DNA of 64,000 bases from NCBI GenBank assembly GCA_045594245.1, contig JAZNYG010000015.1, positions 29,252 through 93,251 on the forward strand, written 5' to 3'. Made by a program: the position numbers and the translations under genes. This stretch comes from Bacteroidaceae bacterium (GTDB lineage: Bacteria; Bacteroidota; Bacteroidia; Bacteroidales; Bacteroidaceae). Each line of letters starts with the position of its first letter. The stretch's first letter is position 1. The notes under the pieces were generated by a model, which worked only from the letters and a program-made list of their open reading frames with translations, did no database searches and had not been told where the DNA came from. This document shows positions 39,463 through 48,646 of the stretch, piece by piece.

Positions 39463-40413
39463 CTATTTCTCGGAATTTCTCGATGGAATGGGCGTTCCCT
39501 TTTTGTTGCGTGGATGGTGCTCAATGATTTCGGAGCGTAACCGATTGGCATCAATATGTGTATAGATTTCAGTAGTGCCTATATCTTCATGCCCGAGCAT
39601 GCTCTGTATGACACGCAGGTTGGCACCGCCTTCAAGCAGATGAGTGGCAAAGGAGTGGCGGAAAGTGTGAGGGCTAATGGTTTTCTTCAATCCCGTCTGC
39701 TCGGCCAGCACCTTGATGATGTGAAACATGGTGATGCGCGACATCCGCTTCTTGAAGTGGGCGCTGACGAACAGGTAGTCCTCGTGTCCAGGCTTGATGG
39801 CTATCTCGGCACGGTCGACCATATAGTCCATGATTTCGGCGATGGCCCGTTCTGAAATGGGTACCAATCGCTGCTTGCTTCCTTTACCCTCTACTTTGAT
39901 GAACCCTTCGTTGAGATAGAGGTCAGAGAGTTTGAGATTGCAGGCTTCGGATACACGTAGGCCACAGCTGTAGAGTGTTTCTATGATGGCGCGGTTGCGC
40001 TGTCCTTCACGTTTGCTGAGGTCTATGGCATTGATGAGCATGTCGATTTCTTCCAGACTAAGTACTTCGGGCAGTTTCATGCCAATCTTTGGCGATTCGA
40101 GCAGAATGGTTGGATCAGCCTCGATGTGCCCATCAAGTACGAGGAATTGATAAAATGAGCGTATGCCTGATAGCATGCGTGCTTGTGATCTGGAACCAAT
40201 CTTCTCGTCGTGCAGTTCGGCTAGGAAGTTTTCTAGGTTCTCCAACTTGACATCTAGAGGGTCTATCCCTACTTTCTTTAGGGAAACGAAGAGTTTTTCC
40301 ACGTCATGTACGTATGCCTCAAGTGTATTTCCCGACAGCGCCTTTTCCAACAATAGGTGCTGCTTGAATTTTGTCAGTAGCTTTTCGTTTGATATAGTTT
40401 GGTGTTGAGTCAT
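39463..40413 (-). CDS. xerD: Site-specific tyrosine recombinase XerD
   Basis: HTFRHSFATHLL and LGHEDIGTTEIYTH catalytic motifs. I moved the start to the ATG at 40413 because a TACTTTTG -7 box (minus strand) lies at 40437-40444. Confidence 0.85.
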   Translation of the reverse strand: MTQHQTISNEKLLTKFKQHLLLEKALSGNTLEAYVHDVEKLFVSLKKVGIDPLDVKLENLENFLAELHDEKIGSRSQARMLSGIRSFYQFLVLDGHIEADPTILLESPKIGMKLPEVLSLEEIDMLINAIDLSKREGQRNRAIIETLYSCGLRVSEACNLKLSDLYLNEGFIKVEGKGSKQRLVPISERAIAEIMDYMVDRAEIAIKPGHEDYLFVSAHFKKRMSRITMFHIIKVLAEQTGLKKTISPHTFRHSFATHLLEGGANLRVIQSMLGHEDIGTTEIYTHIDANRLRSEIIEHHPRNKKGTPIPSRNSEK

Positions 40414-40436
40414 CGATGTCGCATTGTGTTTAATTG

Positions 40437-40444
40437 CAAAAGTA
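40437..40444 (-). promoter_or_regulatory. -7 box TACTTTTG (xerD)
   Basis: Reverse complement of caaaagta, 24 nt upstream of the ATG at 40413. Confidence 0.45.
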
Positions 40445-40500
40445 GTCATTTTGTCGATATAATTTATCGTAATGTTTAATATTTCTCGCTCGTTTATTCG

Positions 40501-40508
40501 TATCTTTG
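40501..40508 (+). promoter_or_regulatory. -7 box TATCTTTG (aroQ)
   Basis: Exact motif, 25 nt upstream of the ATG at 40533. Confidence 0.5.
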
Positions 40509-40532
40509 TCCCTTGAATTAAAGGAAAGGGAT

Positions 40533-40967
40533 ATGGACGATAAGAGGAAGCATATATTGGTGCTCAATGGACCCAACCTGAATCTGTTGGGCAAGCGCGA
40601 GCCGGGCATCTATGGCAATGACTCTATGGGGAGCTGTCTTGCAGCTTTGCGGGAGCGCTACCTCGATGTGGAGCTCGAGTATTATCAGTCGAATGTGGAG
40701 GGCGAACTCATCAACAAGCTGCACGAGGTAGGCTTCACTTGCGATGGCATCGTATTTAATGCCGGTGCCTATACGCATACCTCGGTAGCCATACACGATG
40801 CCATCAAGGCCATCAGTGCCCCTGTGGTGGAGGTGCATATCTCCAATGTATACCAGCGCGAGACCTATAGGCACACGTCCCTCATCACGGGAGCCTGCGT
40901 AGGAGTTATCGGTGGGTTTGGCATGGATTCATATCGTTTGGCCATAGAAGCATTGTTGCAGTTATGA
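40533..40967 (+). CDS. aroQ: Type II 3-dehydroquinate dehydratase
   Basis: ILVLNGPNLNLLGKREPGIYG motif. The ATG at 40533 lies 25 nt after a TATCTTTG box. Confidence 0.9.
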   Translation: MDDKRKHILVLNGPNLNLLGKREPGIYGNDSMGSCLAALRERYLDVELEYYQSNVEGELINKLHEVGFTCDGIVFNAGAYTHTSVAIHDAIKAISAPVVEVHISNVYQRETYRHTSLITGACVGVIGGFGMDSYRLAIEALLQL

Positions 40968-41605
40968 TTCATCATCAAGAGGCGATAGACAGCTATATAT
41001 TGGCCCACATGGATGAGGAGAGCGACTACTTGAAGGCGCTCTACCGGCAGACCCATGTGAAGTTGCTCAACCCACGTATGACATCGGGGCACCTGCAAGG
41101 CCGCCTGCTGAAGATGTTGGTGCAGATGATACGTCCGCATCGCATCCTCGAGATAGGTACCTTCACTGGATATTCGGCACTCTGCATGGCCGAGGGTTTG
41201 AGTGAGGAGGGTAGGCTACACACCTACGAGATCGACGATGAATTGGAGGATTTCACCCGTCCCTGGATCGAGGGGGCGCCTCATGGGCATAAGGTGTGCT
41301 TCCACATCGGCAATGCCCTGGAGGAGGTACCTTCGTTGGGCGAGACTTTCGACCTCGTGTTTATGGATGGCGACAAGCGTCAGTACATGGACTACTATGA
41401 AATGGCTTTGGCACATACCTCAAAAAATGCATTTATTTTGGCAGACAACACCCTTTGGGATGGTCATGTGGTAGAAAAAGCGTATCTTTGTGACCGTCAA
41501 ACGGCGGCTATCAATGAGTTCAATGCCTTTGTGGCTGCAGATAAGCGAGTGGAAAAACTTATCCTTCCCTTGCGCGATGGACTGACGATGATTAGGAAAA
41601 AGTAG
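40964..41605 (+). CDS. Class I SAM-dependent O-methyltransferase (caffeoyl-CoA OMT-like)
   Basis: ILEIGTFTGYSALCMA SAM motif and FMDGDK. 4-nt overlap with aroQ. Confidence 0.8.
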   Translation: MIHHQEAIDSYILAHMDEESDYLKALYRQTHVKLLNPRMTSGHLQGRLLKMLVQMIRPHRILEIGTFTGYSALCMAEGLSEEGRLHTYEIDDELEDFTRPWIEGAPHGHKVCFHIGNALEEVPSLGETFDLVFMDGDKRQYMDYYEMALAHTSKNAFILADNTLWDGHVVEKAYLCDRQTAAINEFNAFVAADKRVEKLILPLRDGLTMIRKK

Positions 41606-41610
41606 AAGAG

Positions 41611-41750
41611 GACCCCATCCCTCCCTTAGGGAGGGGGAGTGGTTCTGTTAAAGAGTGAATTAATTATTATAAAAATGCCATGCCCCCGTCCAAGGCAGTC
41701 TCGGAGGCTCTCCCCATAGAGGGGAAGGTGCCCGAAGGGCAGAGGGGGTC
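41611..41750. repeat. GC-hairpin REP/MITE-like element
   Basis: Imperfect terminal inverted repeats (gacccc...ggggtc). Hairpins ccctccc-tta-gggaggg and gccc-gaa-gggc. The 14-mer ggtgcccgaagggc is the reverse complement of 58440-58453. Confidence 0.6.
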
Positions 41751-41758
41751 TTTAATAG

Positions 41759-42091
41759 ATGGAATCAACCAGACAAAGTAAAATCTCTCGTCTCATCCAA
41801 AAGGAGTTGAGCGACATCTTTTTGATGCAGGCCAAGTCGATGAATGGTGTGTTAGTGTCGGTGACCGCCGTGCGCATCAGTCCTGACCTCAGCATTGCCC
41901 GAGTGTATATCAGCGTATTTCCATCGGAGCGTGGCGATGAGATTGTAAAGAACCTCAATAACAACATGCGTGCTATCCGCTTTGAGTTGGGTTCGCGCTT
42001 GCGCCATCAGCTGCGCATCATACCGGAGTTGAAGTTCTTTATCGATGACTCGCTCGATTATCTGGAGCGTATCGATGAATTGCTCAAATAA
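41759..42091 (+). CDS. rbfA: Ribosome-binding factor A
   Basis: 110 aa with R.SKISRLIQKELSDIF and VTAVRISPDLSIARVYIS motifs. Confidence 0.9.
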   Translation: MESTRQSKISRLIQKELSDIFLMQAKSMNGVLVSVTAVRISPDLSIARVYISVFPSERGDEIVKNLNNNMRAIRFELGSRLRHQLRIIPELKFFIDDSLDYLERIDELLK

Positions 42092-42118
42092 TGTCGGTCC
42101 TATCTTTGGTCGCTCCTG

Positions 42119-43360
42119 ATGAACCTTCCGTTCTACATAGCGAAGCGTTACCTCTTCTCCAAGAAGTCGCATAATGCCATCAACATCATCTCGGGCATCT
42201 CGGTCTGCGGTGTGGCACTGGCTACGCTGGCATTGGTGTGTACACTCTCCGTGTTCAACGGCTTTCACGACCTCATAGCCAGCTTCTTCACTCACTTCGA
42301 TCCCGACCTCAAGGTCGAGGCCGTCAAGGGCAAGACCTTCGTTCCCGATTCCGCCATGATTGTCTCTTTGGAAGAGGTTGTAGGGGTAGAGGTGGTGAGC
42401 CAAACCTTAGAAGACAATGCTATGGCCAAATACAAGGAGCGTCAGACGATGGTCACCATCAAGGGTGTCGACGACAATTTCCAGGCACTCACCGACATCG
42501 AGGCGATTCTTTATGGTGATCCCCAGTTCAAACTCTATGATGCCGTGGTCGATTATGGAATCATGGGGCAGCAACTGATGTATATGCTGGGCACCGGCAT
42601 CCAGCCCTACGATCCTATTGAGGTGTATGCTCCGCGCAAGGGAGTACGTGTGAACATGTCGAACCCCCTGGCCAACTTTCACCGTCAGCCCCTCTATTCC
42701 CCGGGCAACGTGTTCAACATCAATGACAGCCGTTATGCCTCCTCCTACATCATTGCCTCGCTCGACTATGCTCGTCGCCTGTTTGGCTACACGTCCGAGG
42801 TGAGTGCCTTAGAGTTGCGCCTGCGGACCGATGCCGATATCCCGTCCGTCAAGCGGGCAGTAGCTTCGGTAGTGGGCGATGACTTCGTCGTCAAGGACCG
42901 CTATGAGCAGCAGGCCGATACCTTCAAGGTTGTGCAGATTGAGAAGTTCATCTCCTACCTCTTCCTCTGTTTCATTCTTATGGTGGCGTGCTTCAATATC
43001 ATCAGTTCCGTATCGATGCTCATCCTTGACAAGCGCGACAATGCCGACACGCTGCGTAGCCTTGGAGCGCCCGATGCATTTGTCTCCCGTATCTTCATCT
43101 ATGAAGGCAACCTCATAGCCCTGATGGGTGCTCTCATCGGCCTTGTGCTGGGAGTGGTGCTATGTCTCCTGCAGCAGCAGTTCGGTATTATCGGTTTGGG
43201 AGGCGATGGGCAGTTTGTTGTCGATGCCTATCCCGTGAGGGTGCAGCTGGGCGATATCGTGCTCGTCTTCCTCTCCGTGCTCGTGGTGAGTGCCCTCTCC
43301 GTATGGCTTCCCATTCGTTTGGTTAACAGGTTCTTCTGCTCTACTAAGAGCAATGATTAG
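42119..43360 (+). CDS. FtsX-like ABC transporter permease (LolC/E-like)
   Basis: N-terminus FYIAKRYLFSKK. Four TM segments with a large periplasmic loop. Follows rbfA, as is common in Bacteroidetes. Confidence 0.8.
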   Translation: MNLPFYIAKRYLFSKKSHNAINIISGISVCGVALATLALVCTLSVFNGFHDLIASFFTHFDPDLKVEAVKGKTFVPDSAMIVSLEEVVGVEVVSQTLEDNAMAKYKERQTMVTIKGVDDNFQALTDIEAILYGDPQFKLYDAVVDYGIMGQQLMYMLGTGIQPYDPIEVYAPRKGVRVNMSNPLANFHRQPLYSPGNVFNINDSRYASSYIIASLDYARRLFGYTSEVSALELRLRTDADIPSVKRAVASVVGDDFVVKDRYEQQADTFKVVQIEKFISYLFLCFILMVACFNIISSVSMLILDKRDNADTLRSLGAPDAFVSRIFIYEGNLIALMGALIGLVLGVVLCLLQQQFGIIGLGGDGQFVVDAYPVRVQLGDIVLVFLSVLVVSALSVWLPIRLVNRFFCSTKSND

Positions 43361-43435
43361 CATTGCTAACGAGTGCCGTGAGAATGCGATTGCTGTGATG
43401 AGGGAAGATGTTTATGTAGTTGTGCAGTTCTTGGA

Positions 43436-44338
43436 TTATGATTTAAGCTTCTGTGTTTTTAATCTGTAGCTATATGTTTTTGATATTCCAACTTCTATCA
43501 CACTTCGCTTTATATTGTATCTTGTAAGTAGTTCACGAACAGATTCCTTAAGATTCTCCACCTCATAGATGGAGGTGTGTGTAGTAGTCAGTGTTACTTC
43601 TGCTACATGAACTTCATTGTCCATACTCCATACGTGGAGCTCGTGCAAGGTATCGATACCTGTGAGTGCAGTTATTTCATTTTTTAATGTAGTATAGTCA
43701 ATAGCTGTGGGTACTCCTTCAAGAACAATGCGGAAAGCGATGATGAGACTTCGCACTACATTATAAAAGATATAAATGGATATGCACACAGAGAGTATTG
43801 GGTCCAATAGGGGTATTTTAACGAATATCATCACGATACTAACCAATAACACTACCACCCAACCGAGGCAGTCGCCTAGCAAATGTAACGATACCATCCG
43901 TTGGTTTACACTTGTTCCTTTCCATGTACGCCACACAGCCAGTCCCTTGAAAACGATGGCCAATATGGCAAACCATAGCATACCCTTTGCATTGACTTCT
44001 TCTGGTGAAGCAATGCGGACAATACTTTCATAGACTACGATTGAAGAACCACAGAGTAAAATGAAGGCATTGATAAAGGCACCTAGAAGGGTGAACCGGC
44101 GGTAGCCAAAAGAGAATTTTGCCGTAGGCTTATGGCTAGCAATACGTTCAAATATCCATGCTAGGGCTATGGAAAGGGTACATCCGAGGTCATGTATAGA
44201 ATCCGAAATAATAGCAATGCTATTGGTAAGCCAACCCCCAATGAGTGAAATTACAGTGAAGGTCAAGTTGATAAAAAAGGCCGATAGTATATTTTTTCCT
44301 GTTGTATCACTATGTAAATGGGTATGATTGTAGTGCAT
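43436..44338 (-). CDS. Cation diffusion facilitator family transporter
   Basis: NSIAIISDSIHDL and HLLGD motifs. Six TM segments plus a cytoplasmic C-terminal domain. Confidence 0.85.
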   Translation of the reverse strand: MHYNHTHLHSDTTGKNILSAFFINLTFTVISLIGGWLTNSIAIISDSIHDLGCTLSIALAWIFERIASHKPTAKFSFGYRRFTLLGAFINAFILLCGSSIVVYESIVRIASPEEVNAKGMLWFAILAIVFKGLAVWRTWKGTSVNQRMVSLHLLGDCLGWVVVLLVSIVMIFVKIPLLDPILSVCISIYIFYNVVRSLIIAFRIVLEGVPTAIDYTTLKNEITALTGIDTLHELHVWSMDNEVHVAEVTLTTTHTSIYEVENLKESVRELLTRYNIKRSVIEVGISKTYSYRLKTQKLKS

Positions 44339-44377
44339 AATAGTTGTTTCCTTTTACTTATAGTTGTTTGGAGCGTG

Positions 44378-44385
44378 CAAATGTA
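44378..44385 (-). promoter_or_regulatory. -7 box TACATTTG (CDF transporter)
   Basis: Reverse complement of caaatgta, 40 nt upstream of the ATG at 44338. Confidence 0.45.
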
Positions 44386-44466
44386 CGGAAAAATGGTATA
44401 CATTCATAGATTTTACTAGGTTGAAGAGCGAAAAAAACAAGATTTATACACCTCTCTTGTATTTGC

Positions 44467-45180
44467 TTAATTACCTATGGGATATATGCCAAATAGTGTG
44501 CTTAATTCACGCATACCATCTGATGCCCCTTTCTGTATCACATGTACTTGGCGATTGTAAGGGATGTTGACCTCTGCGGGGTCGATGAGATAGATCTTTG
44601 CACCGGGCTTGGCATAATAGAGCAGCCCTGCAGCAGGATACACATTGAGCGAGGTACCTATAATAATAAGGATATCGGCCTGTTCGACATATTCGGTTGC
44701 CACCTCGATATTGGGCACCGACTCACCGAACCATACGATGAAAGGGCGTAGTTGGCTACCGTCAGCAGCCGTATCACCCAGCTTAACCTCATAATCTTCG
44801 GGGGCAAGTTCGCGTATCTGGTGAGGATTGTTGGGTTGACGGCTCGAGGTCACCTTAGTAAGTTCGCCATGCAGGTGTATCACCTTTGTACTACCTGCAC
44901 GTTCATGCAGATTGTCAACATTCTGCGTTACTATAGTTACATCATAATGCTCTTCCAGCGCTGCCACCAACCGATGGCCCTCATTGGGTTCTACACTGAG
45001 CAACTGTTGGCGGCGTGCATTATAGAAATCGAGCACCAACTGCGGGTTGGCGGCATAGCCCTCAGGAGTTGCCACCAGCTCTACGGGGTACTGGTCCCAT
45101 AATCCTCCGGCATCACGAAACGTACTGATTCCACTCTCGGCACTCATACCTGCACCTGTCAAAACAACAACTTTTTTCAT
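44467..45180 (-). CDS. cobB: NAD-dependent protein deacylase (Sir2 family)
   Basis: GAGMSAESGISTFR and TQNVDNLHERAG motifs. The start is the ATG at 45180 (MKKVVVLTGAG), 31 nt from a TATTTTTG box. Confidence 0.9.
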   Translation of the reverse strand: MKKVVVLTGAGMSAESGISTFRDAGGLWDQYPVELVATPEGYAANPQLVLDFYNARRQQLLSVEPNEGHRLVAALEEHYDVTIVTQNVDNLHERAGSTKVIHLHGELTKVTSSRQPNNPHQIRELAPEDYEVKLGDTAADGSQLRPFIVWFGESVPNIEVATEYVEQADILIIIGTSLNVYPAAGLLYYAKPGAKIYLIDPAEVNIPYNRQVHVIQKGASDGMRELSTLFGIYPIGN

Positions 45181-45210
45181 ATTGCACCTTTGTTTTTTGC
45201 TTAGCAAATG

Positions 45211-45218
45211 CAAAAATA
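45211..45218 (-). promoter_or_regulatory. -7 box TATTTTTG (cobB)
   Basis: Reverse complement of caaaaata, 31 nt upstream of the ATG at 45180. Confidence 0.45.
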
Positions 45219-45263
45219 ACAAAAAATACAGATAAGAATCCGTTAACATTCAGATAAAAAGCG

Positions 45264-45271
45264 TAAATTTG
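45264..45271 (+). promoter_or_regulatory. -7 box TAAATTTG (FKBP genes)
   Basis: Exact motif, 31 nt upstream of the ATG at 45302. Confidence 0.5.
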
Positions 45272-45301
45272 CCCGTTTTTTGAAATAACGGATATATAAT
45301 T

Positions 45302-45883
45302 ATGGACAAATTCAGTTACGGACTTGGACTTGGAATCGCACAACAGTTGCTCTCTATGGGAGCTGAAGTAAGCGTTGATGACTTTGCACAAGCTATCCGC
45401 GATGTATTGGAAGGAAAAGAGACTGCCCTCAGCTTCAGCGAGGCGCAGCAGATTGTGAATGCACACTTTGCAGAGATGGAGAAGCAGGCTCATGCTGCTG
45501 CTATCGAGCAGGGTGAGATGTTTTTGAAAATGAATAAGGAGCGTCCTGGCGTGGTGACATTGCCTAGCGGTCTGCAATACGAGGTATTAGCTTCGGGCAC
45601 CGGCCGTAAGCCGAAAGCTACCGACAAAGTACGTTGCCATTACGAAGGCCGTTTGGTCGACGGCACCCTTTTCGACAGCTCTATCCAACGTGGTGAGCCT
45701 GCGGTATTCGGCGTCAACCAAGTGATTGCCGGATGGGTAGAGGCCTTACAGCTTATGAGCGAAGGCGACAAGTGGAAGCTATATATCCCCTACGACCTCG
45801 GTTACGGTGAGCAGGGTGCAGGTGGCGCCATACCTCCCTATAGCACATTAGTGTTTGAAGTAGAATTATTGAATGTATTATAA
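45302..45883 (+). CDS. FKBP-type peptidyl-prolyl isomerase
   Basis: FKBP_N-like helical domain followed by the FKBP core (VRCHYEGRLVDGTLFDSS, VIAGW, LVFEVELL). Confidence 0.85.
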   Translation: MDKFSYGLGLGIAQQLLSMGAEVSVDDFAQAIRDVLEGKETALSFSEAQQIVNAHFAEMEKQAHAAAIEQGEMFLKMNKERPGVVTLPSGLQYEVLASGTGRKPKATDKVRCHYEGRLVDGTLFDSSIQRGEPAVFGVNQVIAGWVEALQLMSEGDKWKLYIPYDLGYGEQGAGGAIPPYSTLVFEVELLNVL

Positions 45884-45903
45884 TTAAATAAAAAAGTAAA
45901 GAA

Positions 45904-47169
45904 ATGAAGAAAAGTATTTTTTCTGTAGCAGTGGCCCTTACTGCGGGCCTTATCGCAAGCTGCGGCACTTCGGTTCCTCAGGCAAGCCTTGAGGGTGCCA
46001 GTAAAGTAGACTCACTCTCTTATGCCATCGGTATGGCACAGACACAGGGTCTGAAAGATTATCTTGTAGCTCGTATGGATATGGACACCACCTATATGAG
46101 CCAGTTCGTAGAAGGCGTAATCGAGGCAACTGACGCTGACGAGAAGCAAAACGCTTACTACTCAGGAACTCAGATTGGTCAGCAGGTAGTTAACCAGATT
46201 ATTCCTAGTGTTACCATGCAAGTATTTGCAGGCAAGGATGATGGTAAGCTCAATGAGAAGAATTTCACTGAGGCTTTTGTTGCTGGTGTTACAGAGAAAG
46301 GTATGAAGATGGAGCCTGCACAAGCACAGGAAACAGCCATGACACTTATGAAGGCTATTCAGGAGAACAATGATTCTATTGCTGACCTCACAGCACAGAT
46401 CGACACCTTCTCTTATGCTATGGGTATGGCACAGACACAGGGCCTGAAGGATTTCCTCGTATACCGTATGGGAGTAGACACTCTTTATATGGCCGACTTC
46501 GTAAAGGGTTTGAAAGAGGGTATCAAGGTTGGTGACGACAAGAAGAAAGGCGCCTACTTTACAGGTATCCAGATTGGTCAGCAGGTAGCAACTCAGATCA
46601 TCCCCGGTGTCGCTCGCGACGTATTCGGCGAGGATGGCGAGCTCAACAAGAACAATTTCATGGCGGGCTTCGTAGCTGGTGTTACAGAGAAGGGGCAGCT
46701 TTTGCACCCCATGGAGGCACAGCAAGTTGCTATGCGCCTGATGGAAGAACTCAAGAACGAGCGTTTCGAGCAGGAGTTTGGCGCCAATAAGGCTGAAGGT
46801 GTTGCTTTCCTTGACTCAATCGCTAAGACTGAAGGTGTAGTAAAGACCGAGAGTGGTCTCTGCTACAAGGTAATCACTGAAGGCAAAGGTGCTATCCCTG
46901 CCAACACTGATAGAGTGAAGGTACACTATCGTGGTACCCTTATCGATGGAACTGAGTTCGACAGCTCATACAAGCGCAACGAACCCACTACTTTTGGTGC
47001 AAACCAAGTTATCGCAGGATGGACCGAGGCTCTCACTATGATGCCCGTTGGTTCTAAGTGGATGCTCTACATTCCTCAGGAGCTTGCATATGGTAACCGC
47101 GATATGGGCCAGATTAAACCATTCTCTACCCTTATCTTCGAGGTAGAGTTGCTCGATATAGAAAAGTAA
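45904..47169 (+). CDS. FKBP-type peptidyl-prolyl isomerase lipoprotein with a duplicated N-terminal domain
   Basis: Lipobox LIASC. Two tandem copies of the FKBP_N-like module, then the FKBP core (VKVHYRGTLIDGTEFDSS, VIAGW, LIFEVELL). Confidence 0.85.
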   Translation: MKKSIFSVAVALTAGLIASCGTSVPQASLEGASKVDSLSYAIGMAQTQGLKDYLVARMDMDTTYMSQFVEGVIEATDADEKQNAYYSGTQIGQQVVNQIIPSVTMQVFAGKDDGKLNEKNFTEAFVAGVTEKGMKMEPAQAQETAMTLMKAIQENNDSIADLTAQIDTFSYAMGMAQTQGLKDFLVYRMGVDTLYMADFVKGLKEGIKVGDDKKKGAYFTGIQIGQQVATQIIPGVARDVFGEDGELNKNNFMAGFVAGVTEKGQLLHPMEAQQVAMRLMEELKNERFEQEFGANKAEGVAFLDSIAKTEGVVKTESGLCYKVITEGKGAIPANTDRVKVHYRGTLIDGTEFDSSYKRNEPTTFGANQVIAGWTEALTMMPVGSKWMLYIPQELAYGNRDMGQIKPFSTLIFEVELLDIEK

Positions 47170-47192
47170 AATATTCTTGTAAATAAGTAAGG

Positions 47193-47234
47193 AGACAAAG
47201 CCATTCCTAAGGAAGGGCTTTGTCTGTGTTTTTA
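47193..47234 (+). terminator. Rho-independent terminator after the FKBP genes
   Basis: 10-bp stem agacaaagcc/ggctttgtct followed by gtgttttt. Confidence 0.65.
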
Positions 47235-47313
47235 CTCAGTGTCCAAATTGATTTAGACAAAAATCTTGAAGGGACAATTCCTGGACTTAATGGCAAAGAG
47301 TTAGAAAAGCTTT

Positions 47314-48234
47314 ATGTTTCCCATTCATTTTGCTCCACTGCAAGGACATACCGATGATGTGTATCGCCGCATACACTACCAACTGATTGGCGGCATAGAG
47401 CGCTACTACACTCCATTCGTGCGGGTGGAGGCTGGTGACATACGCTCCAAGGACCGACGCGACATAGATCCGAAAAACAACAAAGGAGTACCGGTGACCC
47501 CACAGGTGATATTCAAGAATGCCAAGGAACTGCTCTTCCTCATCGAGGAGGTGGAGGCACTGGGATATCAGTCGATAGACCTCAACATGGGCTGTCCCTT
47601 TCCCCTGCAAGCAAAGCACGGACGCGGATCGGGATTGCTCGGCCACCCCGACATCGTGGCCGAGGTGGGCAACATCATCAAGGCGCGACCACAGCTGGTC
47701 TTCTCAGTAAAGATGCGTTTGGGCTGGGAGAATGCCGAGGAGTGGATGCCCGTACTGGATATCCTCAACGATACTCCCCTAACCCATATCGTCTTGCATC
47801 CGCGCACGGGTACGCAGCAATATAAGGGTAGCATCGACGAGGGTGCCTTTGCGCAATTCTATGAGAACTGCCGACATCCGTTGTTCTATAATGGTGACCT
47901 GACGACACTGGAGCAACTACATGAGATGGAGGAACGCTATCCTCGTCTGGCAGGACTGATGATAGGGCGCGGACTGCTGGCACGCCCCTCGCTGGCACGG
48001 GAATATACCGAAGGAGGTGAATGGAACCACGAGAAGCACATACGCACCCTGCGGATGCTTCACACAAAGCTGATGGAGGAGTATGCCCGCATCGTTAAGG
48101 GTGATGCTCAGCTGCATAGTAAACTACGCTCTTACTGGGAATATACGGAGCCGCTCATAGGGCGCAAACCGTATAAGAAGATAATGAAGAGTGGGAACCT
48201 GAGAAACTACTTAAATGCAATCGAGGAGCTGTGA
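47314..48234 (+). CDS. tRNA-dihydrouridine synthase family protein
   Basis: 306 aa with a TIM-barrel Dus-like pattern (FAPLQGHTD, DLNMGCP, VKMRLG, LHPRT). Confidence 0.7.
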   Translation: MFPIHFAPLQGHTDDVYRRIHYQLIGGIERYYTPFVRVEAGDIRSKDRRDIDPKNNKGVPVTPQVIFKNAKELLFLIEEVEALGYQSIDLNMGCPFPLQAKHGRGSGLLGHPDIVAEVGNIIKARPQLVFSVKMRLGWENAEEWMPVLDILNDTPLTHIVLHPRTGTQQYKGSIDEGAFAQFYENCRHPLFYNGDLTTLEQLHEMEERYPRLAGLMIGRGLLARPSLAREYTEGGEWNHEKHIRTLRMLHTKLMEEYARIVKGDAQLHSKLRSYWEYTEPLIGRKPYKKIMKSGNLRNYLNAIEEL

Positions 48235-48268
48235 AACAGCTCCTCGATGTTGCATGTGGGTTTATTTC

Positions 48269-48583
48269 TTACGCCTCTCCCTTAAAGTCGCTCAAGCGAG
48301 GGACATAGGTACCTTTCTGCTCGGGCAAGCGGATAGGACCGAAGGTGGCCTCGTATTTCTTGAGGTTGTCCTGCAGGGCGAGCATCAAGCGCATGGCGTG
48401 CTCGGGGGTGAGGATGACACGCGACTTTACCTGTGCCTTGGGGAGTCCTGGGAGCACACGGATGAGGTCCATAATAAACTCTGAAGATGAATGTGAGATG
48501 ACTGCCAGGTTGCAGTAAACGCCCTGAGCTACATCTTCCTTCAGCTCTATCTGAAGTTGGTTTTCGGGTTTCTTGCTTTCCAT
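48269..48583 (-). CDS. DUF3467 family protein
   Basis: LQIEL.EDVAQGVYCNLAVISHSSSEF..D......PKAQVKSRVILTPEHA pattern. Start at the ATG at 48583. Confidence 0.7.
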   Translation of the reverse strand: MESKKPENQLQIELKEDVAQGVYCNLAVISHSSSEFIMDLIRVLPGLPKAQVKSRVILTPEHAMRLMLALQDNLKKYEATFGPIRLPEQKGTYVPRLSDFKGEA

Positions 48584-48646
48584 TATGATGTTGGTTGTTG
48601 TTATTAAAGGCAATTAGGGGTTATTAAGGGCTATTAGGGGAGCTAA

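Noticed and set aside
39463-40413. Tyrosine recombinase as a marker of an integrative mobile element.
   Set aside because: The sequence and length fit chromosomal XerD. It is divergent from aroQ, a common Bacteroidetes arrangement as far as I recall. There are no flanking att-like repeats, tRNA or cargo genes.
41852-42403. 183-aa minus-strand ORF opposite rbfA and the lolE-like gene.
   Set aside because: It is a shadow ORF across two supported plus-strand genes.
44364-44570. 68-aa plus-strand ORF in the CDF-cobB spacer.
   Set aside because: Its 3' half overlaps the 3' end of cobB. Its 5' part overlaps the CDF promoter box (44378-44385). There is no promoter box for it and it has no paralogs.
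45113-45577. 154-aa minus-strand ORF spanning the cobB-FKBP intergenic region.
   Set aside because: It overlaps the 5' end of the well-supported FKBP gene and two divergent promoter boxes. It has no recognisable features.
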